DNA of 64,000 nt from Parasitella parasitica NRRL 2501 (lineage: Eukaryota; Fungi; Mucoromycota): contig MU619243.1 in the NCBI GenBank assembly GCA_025201805.1, positions 124,001 through 188,000 of the forward strand. The letters run 5' to 3'. Made by a program: the position numbers and the translations under genes. The notes beneath the pieces were generated by a model. It was not told the DNA's origin and searched no databases. It worked only from the letters and a program-made list of their open reading frames with translations. This document shows, in pieces, positions 55,941 to 64,000 of the stretch (position 1 is its first letter; every line of letters starts with the position of its first letter).

Positions 55941-58900
55941 TTAGATATCTCCAAGTTCTAGTTCACTATATTTGGAACCTTGGACATCAGTGCGAGCAGC
56001 TTGTTCTTTACAGTTTTGCAAATGCAAGAGAGTAGCACGGAAATGGCGACGAACATAATCAGAGACAGGGCCATCATGCTCTACAAGAGACGAGGAGTTG
56101 GACGTAGGAGGATGTTGATCAGGGTTGTCCATATTGCTTAAATTGGTATTGATAAGATCGATCAAGCCATTCAAATACTTGATAGTAACCTAAATGCAAA
56201 ATATATATCAGTAAGTCTTGCTTGGATACCAATTATAATAAACCTACGGCTTCATTGCCCTTCTCAAAGTAGTAAATATAGCGGTTTAAAATTTCAACAA
56301 ATAGCTCGACATTGGTGACAGGATCCATACAGCTATCGGCAATCTTCAAGGCCTTCTGAAGACATTCAAGAGCACGCTTACCGTCTCTGAATAGAGGAGC
56401 CTTTTCTCCTTCAGGGAGATCAGGTTCAGAGATACCGCGCTCAGTAGCCCACCAGAGATGGGACGACAGATAAACACCACGACATTGATCTGGCTTCTTC
56501 AGGAGCTTACTGCTATGCAAGGCAGCCTTTGTAATCAAAGTATCGTAATTATCAACAGAGAATACGCGTGTCTGTTGAAGTGCACCAATGATGCAGGTGA
56601 TTGCCTGGAACTGAGCACGAGATTCAGAAATGGATTCCTCATAGATAGTGAAGGCTTCTACAAAGAATTCGTATGCGATTTCTTCAAAACCGCATTCATC
56701 GGCACTTTGACCAGCTAACAAGAATAAATGAAGACAATTGTCAGCAACCTCGCACTTGTGATATAACGTAGAAATCACTTGATGGATGAAACGGAAGAGA
56801 GCAGAGGTTTTTTTCTCCCAAATCTCGTCTTGTTCTTCCTGGAGCTTGTAGCGTCTAGCAAGTTTTACAGCAGAAACAATGAGAGGCGGGAAAGTGTAGC
56901 GAATGCGATCGCCACCATCACCAAACTGTTTTCTAGCAGCAGATAAAAGCAAAAATTGGGTATCTTCCTTTTCCGATTTAAATAGATGAATCATTCTAGC
57001 AAGGAGGCCTTGTTTTTCCACGTATTCTTCTTGCTCGAAGCTCAACTCCATGTTTCTTTGACGTCCACCGCCATTCATCTGTTGTGATGGTGCAGCAGCA
57101 GAAACAGGTACATCCTTTTGATCACGCAATAGAACATCACAAAGTTCAAGAATGCCGTGTACATCCTCTGGTATATCAATGACGGTGGCATTTTTCAAAA
57201 TGCTATTCACTACTGCATAGGCAGTCTGTTGGCGAGTAGAATATGGCTGAAGAGCTAACAAAGGCTGATGATTAGCTAATGCCAACAGATACAAGGCTGA
57301 ACTGTAATGTTGAATAGGAGCCAACAGTAATCCTAAAAGATTTGCTTCGGTTGCCTTGGAGTGAAGATCAGGTGAATCAGAAAATTCAAGAACTTTGTCT
57401 TTAGCATAGGCAAGGATTTGATCGACATAATCAATTTTCTCGGGATAGCATGACAGAGAAAGGTTGATCAATGAGACCAACAATGCAGTTAGGTCTTGAA
57501 TCGACAAATCAGGGCGGGCCTATAATGTGCTTTTGTTTAACCAACGAAACATGCATTGCACAGTATAGTCTGTATACCTTGACAAGTTCAACAATCTGAC
57601 TCCAAAAGACAATAAAGAGTTCGACATCTTCAGGAATACCACGTACCCTCTTGACAGCATCTTCTTCTTTCTCTTCAGCAAGATCTCCAGTTGAAGCTGG
57701 CTTCTCTTCTGCAGCTCCACTATCTTCTTCAGGCTTCTTGTCTTCAGCCTCGACATCATCTGTCGTTTCCTCAGCTCCTAAAGGTTCTTCACTAGCAATT
57801 TCCTCATCTTTGCTGGGTACTTCTTGCTCCTCTTCTTTTTCTTTTTCTTCTTTTTCTTCTTTTTCTTCTGGCTCTACCTGTTCTACTTTTTTATCTTTTT
57901 CAATAGTCGCCTCTTCTTGTTTTGGCTCCTCCTCATCTTCTTCCTCGGGTTGAAGTCCTTGCAACTTTCTCTTTTTTTGCTCGGCAATACGACGAATGTT
58001 TTCCTCTCTTTGTCTCTTTGCTTCGTTGGGCTCTTCTCCTTCAGATTCACGAGTGGCAAAAGCAGCTAAACGATCAATCAAAGATATGATGATTTGTTTG
58101 ACGTTGACTTTGGGATGCAGCTGAGCGGTTGCCGACAGGAAGGGTTGCAAAGTACGAAGGTGGAAATCATCAGGGAAGACTTGAGTGATGACTTCCATCA
58201 AATATTCCTGAGCAATGACATCCCGGCAACTAACAGTTTGGTCCAAAATACCGGGAAGGATATCCTAAGTAACTATATTAGTTGACAACACACCAGCAGC
58301 TACCAAAAGATAGAAATTATTTACCTTTTGATAGATTTTAAGATCAACGCCATCCAATTGACTCAGGCGGACAAGATTAGTGCCCACCAAGATGCGCAAC
58401 TCCTTACGCTCTGCTTCTCGCTTCTCGCGATCACGAGAATGTCCCTGGTGCTGTAATCTAACCCAAAGCTTATTCATTTCGGTGAAGTTGGTCAAGATGA
58501 AATTGATAGACTCAAATACATTGCCCTCGGGTCTACCAAAAGTCAGTGTCACTTTCTTATACTTGCAACGCATCATAAAAACATATGCTGCTTACCCAGA
58601 ACCTTCGCCTACTGGCAAAAAATCGCGAGTCATACTGCTAAGATAGTATCTTAAAAAGAGACCACGAATTGGATGCTGGACACCTCTCGTCATTTCCATC
58701 ATATCACGCATGATTTCACGGACAGGAGCATCGGGCATACTCATATAAGCAGCACCAACAGTGATCATTAAATAAAGACGGGGCACGATGTTTCCAGCAT
58801 ACTGAACAAGTTCGTACAAATCTGCCAAATGATGACGACCAGCAGTATGGGCCTCTGTTAAAAAGGCCGTTAAATGGCGCATAGCATCAAAAATGGACAT

Positions 58901-59222
58901 ATCTAATCGATCCGTAATCTTTAGTTCCAACAGCAAGAATTAAAAACAAAAAACTCACAAAGTTCATAATAGTTTTTGGGTGTTAACGCAGAAGTCCTCA
59001 ATTCAGCAAGCATATTGGAGCAATGCTTCAACCCGTCCATAAGCTTATTGTTTTCCTATAACCAAATCTCGTCAATAAACCTTTTCTGGCCGCCAAAAAA
59101 CACACACAACTTACCAAACATTTTTTCATAAGATGAGCCTGTACTTTGACTACATTTAACACTTCATCAAGAAGTTTAGCTTGATCCTCTATAGGAACAG
59201 GACTCATCATGGAGTTGCTCAT
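55941..59222 (-). CDS. VPS35: Retromer subunit Vps35, multi-exon
   Basis: [101 protein letters not shown]. Confidence 0.97.
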
Positions 59223-59887
59223 TTTTTTTTCTTGGCAATAATTGTATAAAAAAGAAACAACAGGTCTTTACATAAAGTTGAAGCTGTTTATCCATCAACT
59301 CCGAGAGTGGTACACCACCATTAACAAGACGTCATCTGGGTCATGCTCAAGAACTTTTTTCATGGAATGAGTTTTCAGAGTCTGTTTACGGGTACGCATT
59401 GCAGCCCTTTGGCTACTTTAATTTAGTCCTTGGCGAGCCAAAAGGCATACAAAAGACATTTGGCAATTCTAAAGGTTAGAATCCGCAATGAAGGCTATAA
59501 GGAAACAATGGCGAGGACAGCTACTTGGTTCAAATTCGACAATTCATTTAGATTAATTGATGAGGATGTGTTCACCTATGAACTCTGTTTTACTGCGTCC
59601 TTATTCTCTTCAAACTTGACACTTTTTATTTAGATCAATGTAGTCTTTGGAGCCGTGTACATACTGGTCATACCTCAAGATTGCATGCATTGCAAATGCT
59701 GCTTGGTATCAAAACATTCAATAGAGTTGGATGTGCACACCTATCCATACTACTTGTTGCTCTTGTTTCACCAAAGCACATTAATTTCCAGTTGAAAGAG
59801 CGAATCTTGGCAACCATAATACAGTATTGCTTAAAAACCAAGGATTATACTTTATTTTATTATTACTGGACATGATGAATTAAGTTT

Positions 59888-61171
59888 TTATTTCTTTTCA
59901 TCTTTTTTGTTCTTATCCATGTCTTCCAAAGCCTTTTGGATTCGCTCATCGTTTTTATCAACTCCAGGTAAAGATCCCAAAACTGTCGACAATATTTCAT
60001 CATCTTCATTTTTCTCTCGTCCTTCGTTCATAGACATTTGCAGTGCTCTTTGAAGTGCATCGTCTTCATTTAAATCTTCCATAGCCTCGTCCTCGTCCTG
60101 AAGTGGAGCAGCGCCAGCATCATTCATTGACATTGCTAAAGCGGCTTGAAGCTCGGCATCTTCATCAGTTTGATCTGGTTGTGTGTCTATTGCCATAGCA
60201 GAAGAAGATTCTGCTCCCTCTTGCTTTGTATTTGTTCCATTTTTTGCTGCCTCTGCTTCCTGGCGTGCTTTTTCTTCCTCGAGCGAAATACGCAAGGCCT
60301 AAGGCAAAAAAAAAAACAAAAAAAACTCTAGATTAGCCATTCATTCACGTCTCAAATGTATTGCGGTTCTATTACCAAAGCAAGCTCGGGATCAAGGCTA
60401 GGGTCAATGCCAAACTCGAAGTCGCCACCGCTGCTAGCACCATAGTTACCAGCTCCACCATCCTCACCAGCGATAATAGAAGTAGAAATAAGCATATCAC
60501 TCAAAAGATGAGGTCCAGGAGGAATGGTGACAAGATGACTGTTGTCGCTGTTGTTTACATTGCTGATAAAAGCTTCCAATCGAGAGGTATTCTCAGCTTC
60601 TTGGCCAAAATTGATAATATCCACCGCAACGTTGTTTTTTTTGAGTTTCTTGGCAAGTTTGACGAGTGCCTTTTCGTCGCTCTCAAGAGGACTACCTACA
60701 AATACAATAATTCTCTGACGTTGATTTCTGTTTTGTCTATGTTTGAGAGCAAGCTACAAGACACAATTTCAATTGAGCTTTTTTCAATCTATAATTCCAG
60801 CTGATTGCTATATACTTACAGATGCAATTTGTATGCTGGTCAAAAAGTTGGGTTGACCACCTGCTTTAACGGCGTGCAAGGCAGTGAGGATTTTACCGAC
60901 GTCCGTAGACAATGTAACAAGTACCTCAGGGCCTTTGCCAGCTGCAGTCATAAGTCCAACAGTATTTTCGGGATTCGACTGTGTCTTTGATGAGAAGATG
61001 AGGTTGACGGCTTCATTCTGTGCAACTAGTCTAGTAGGAGAGTAGTCGCCGTTACGCATCCATTCGGAATTGTCGACACTGTTGTGATAAATATCAACAA
61101 TTAGTTATGATTTAATTTTCTCTACTATCTATAAAAAATATTTACACAATCATTGAGGCTTCCATAACCAT
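59888..61171 (-). CDS. RPN10: 26S proteasome ubiquitin receptor Rpn10, multi-exon
   Basis: [75 protein letters not shown] (UIM), plus further UIM-like ALAMSM and ALQMSM. Confidence 0.96.
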
Positions 61172-61485
61172 TTTGAAGAAGAAGAAAAAAACTTGTAATT
61201 AAATGTGAATAGTAAAAAAAGAAAAGGAAGGTGAGGCATACAATTTAACGCGTATGCTTTTTGATTCTTTCCAAGTTACGCATCCTCTTCATGCGTCATC
61301 ATTCATTACTGAGCTCAAATGCTTCCATTCAAAGCTATTGCACTGTTACAATATCTGATATAAAAAGGCATCATGCTATACGCATTTTGGCATTGCATAT
61401 GCTTATACTTCGTTCTTCACTTAGCCTCTATACCTTTTAGTTTTTTTTAGAATTATAAGATCGTTTTTATATATATAATCCATCA

Positions 61486-61990
61486 TGCCTAAAAACCTTC
61501 AACGCAACATAATGTATACAACTGTAAAAACTTGAGAAGAAGAGGGAAATATTTTGACATTAGAGCAACTTGAGCAGAGACTTATTGATGATTTCCCAAA
61601 AAATGCAATTGTAATTTCTATAACCCAAAAACATACAACTCAAAAGCTGTGTTTAACCCTTAAAAGAACAACCCTTTGGAAGAAAACAACAACTGAAGAA
61701 TAGTAAAAGAGCGAAAGGGATTACTGTATTGGCCTTTCACACAAGGGTGTTAATTACTTGACAAACTGTATTTTTGTTGATGAAAGTGGATTTGATGCTT
61801 ATATGGTACTCGGAAATGCAAGGTCAGCCAAAGAAAAGAAAGTCCATGAAATCACAAAAACATGAAAAGAAGCAAGAATATTTCAGCAAAAAGGATTGAA
61901 TCTTTACAAGCTGTTGTGATGGTTCTACATATAGGTTTATCTTTGCTGAATTCATCAAGCAGCTGCTGGAATGAGTTGATATGGAATACC
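61486..61990 (+). pseudogene. Tc1/IS630-type transposase remnant
   Basis: LTLEQL...KLCLTLKR and GVNYLTNCIFVDESGFD, with stops and frameshifts. Confidence 0.7.
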
Positions 61991-63641
61991 CACTGATTTA
62001 TCAGAAAAAGTTAATAGAAATTAATCAGGTAAAGATCCGTTTATAATATTCCAAATAGAGAGTTTATATACTTTCTATGAACTAAGGGAAGCGATGTGAG
62101 GATAAAGGTTTTAGTGATGAAATCCGGGAGATGGGGTAGATTGCATCTATCCCAACAAATTTCATGTCATATTATATTATGATCTAATGTTTTATTCTCC
62201 AGAATGAGTTTATATTATATCGAATAAAATAATTTTCTTCATCAAAGTTTTTATTCTTAAATACTAAAAGTTTGATAAATTATTTTTGTTGGGTTTGACT
62301 AGACACATTTTGTGGGTTTGAATAGATTATTTCTGTCAAATTCATTTTCATGATTTGTAAGGTGCCCCCAAATATTTTGTGAGTTTGATTTGAAAATACG
62401 ATACCATAAACATTTTCTAACTCTGTTTATTTCAAGTCCTATTTCAATGATAGAAAAGCAATGGTGTTTGGGATGACTATTATGTTAGTGAATACTAACA
62501 AAAGCCGTTTTGAAGGCAAAAGTATTTCAAACATTTCTACCGTACTTCCTTACAGTTTTGAAACTTGAAGCATTGAAGCCCACATATTTTAAGCGCCGTC
62601 TTAATATTAAAAAGTCGTATATTTAAACCTCCGCTTGACTTTCCCTTCAAATGATCTTCATTTCATCGAGATTAATTACGCAAAACCAAGACTCATACGA
62701 TATATACAATATAGTTATATTATTCATTTCAACGTACCCCAAGATTTTCACATAATGAAACAAAACCGACCAATTATAGTTTTGATTTGAAAACAAGATG
62801 GTGTTTCATGTTACTTGCGAAAAACTATCTTTACACATAACAAATGGAAAAAGATAGTGGCAGCTTTTGTGGATTCAAAAACCTATTTTGCAGCTTTGGA
62901 TATCTTTTAGACGGTATCTTCTGGGCGATATTATCATATTCAAAGAAAAATCACTACGACATCATTGCTTATTGCTGATTACTTTAGATAGAAGATTCAC
63001 ACTTATACGAAAATGTACAGACAAGATCATAATATTATATGACGTGGCATCTGGGATATATACTACAATTTACCTTATCTCCCGGATTTCATCACTAAAC
63101 TTTTATCCTCAATCCTCGCATCGCTTCCTTCAGTTCATAGAAAATATATAAACCCTCTATTTTGATTATAATAAACGGATCTTTACCTGATTAATTTCTA
63201 TTAACTTTTCCTGCTAAATCAGTATGTAGTGTTATTTAGATGTCGATTACAAAAATGTTTATGCTTTGAAATGAGCTCTTGTTTGCTCAGTTGAACTTAT
63301 TGTTAACCAGAGCTTTTCTTGAAGCACGATTCTTGTTGCTACAGCTTCTGAATTTTCATTAGCTTCCTGAAGGACAGTAACACAAAGCACAAAGATAATA
63401 TTATTTTAATCATATATTACTTGTGTGTCGATTGAATATTATGTTTGAAGACATACAATCAATAGATTTCTAGACATAATGTATATCTGAGACGATGTCA
63501 CATCAGTATTTTAATGGATGCAGTCTTGTGTGCCTTAAATTCGCGTGTGAACCATTGTGTTTTTTTAAATAAATTGGACGTACGTGTGCAACAAACACAA
63601 TACGCAAGACTTTTTAGTTTTAATATTATACAATTTTACGA

Positions 63642-64000
63642 ATGGCTTCACTAACACCAATTGTGCAAGAATTTTGGCGCAATCTATGTCTCAATGCTTT
63701 CAATGACAATACACTTGCAAATGACTTTATTCTGTTCTTTGACGGCTGCAAAACACCATCCACTGTTGGCCAATTGATATGGAAAACGACCAATCCAGAC
63801 TATCAATACAATCTTCAACAATTGGGCTGCAATCAATTAGAAGACGATACATTCACCTTGCCGTACGAAACAATGAACGTTTTTATGAGCGAAAAGAGAC
63901 AAGCACGTTCAGAGTGGCATGTTAAACGCCAAGTAGAGTTGAAACAGCATCTGCAGAAAACGTTGAAAAATGTCAGCACACCTTTATGTTTAGATGATAA
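63642..64000 (+). CDS. Hypothetical protein, N-terminal part; runs off the window end
   Basis: ATG 63642 opens 119 uninterrupted codons (MASLTPIVQEFWRNLCLNAF...) to the window end. Confidence 0.6.
   Translation, partial: MASLTPIVQEFWRNLCLNAFNDNTLANDFILFFDGCKTPSTVGQLIWKTTNPDYQYNLQQLGCNQLEDDTFTLPYETMNVFMSEKRQARSEWHVKRQVELKQHLQKTLKNVSTPLCLDD

Noticed and set aside
43141-61171. RPT1 and RPN10 as a proteasome gene cluster
   Set aside because: They are 15 kb apart, separated by unrelated genes and TE relics, and no shared promoter motif was seen.

Overview
This is eukaryotic fungal DNA, most likely Mucoromycota/Mucorales. That assignment is inferred from the AT-rich sequence, the many ~55-65 nt introns and the Mucorales-type transposon relics. 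About 19 protein-coding genes are supported: ADI1, calmodulin, a TLC-domain protein, SPT4, a four-finger C2H2 transcription factor, GSH2, a lysophospholipid acyltransferase, MET1, URA7, an N-domain-less double AAA ATPase head-to-head with a ~1000-aa orphan, an SSD1/Dis3L2-like pseudonuclease, MCM6, a small secreted protein, RPT1, a Ser-rich orphan, an MFS transporter, VPS35 and RPN10, plus partial ORFs at both window ends. Between the genes lie decayed Tc1/IS630-type, Helitron and probable Fanzor/TnpB-like relics. Main observations: (1) the acyltransferase frame can be restored with canonical splice sites only by a 1-nt microexon (G17528) between 59- and 60-nt introns; (2) an 84-bp near-perfect fold-back starts inside the last codons of a Tc1 transposase; (3) a probable Fanzor remnant lies at ~16.1-16.6 kb; (4) a secreted precursor has a KR-EA-PA processing site that would release a +9 cationic peptide; (5) SPT4 has a GC-AG intron. 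No tRNA, rRNA or CRISPR features were recognised. Exon boundaries were read by eye and family assignments come from recalled motifs, not database searches.
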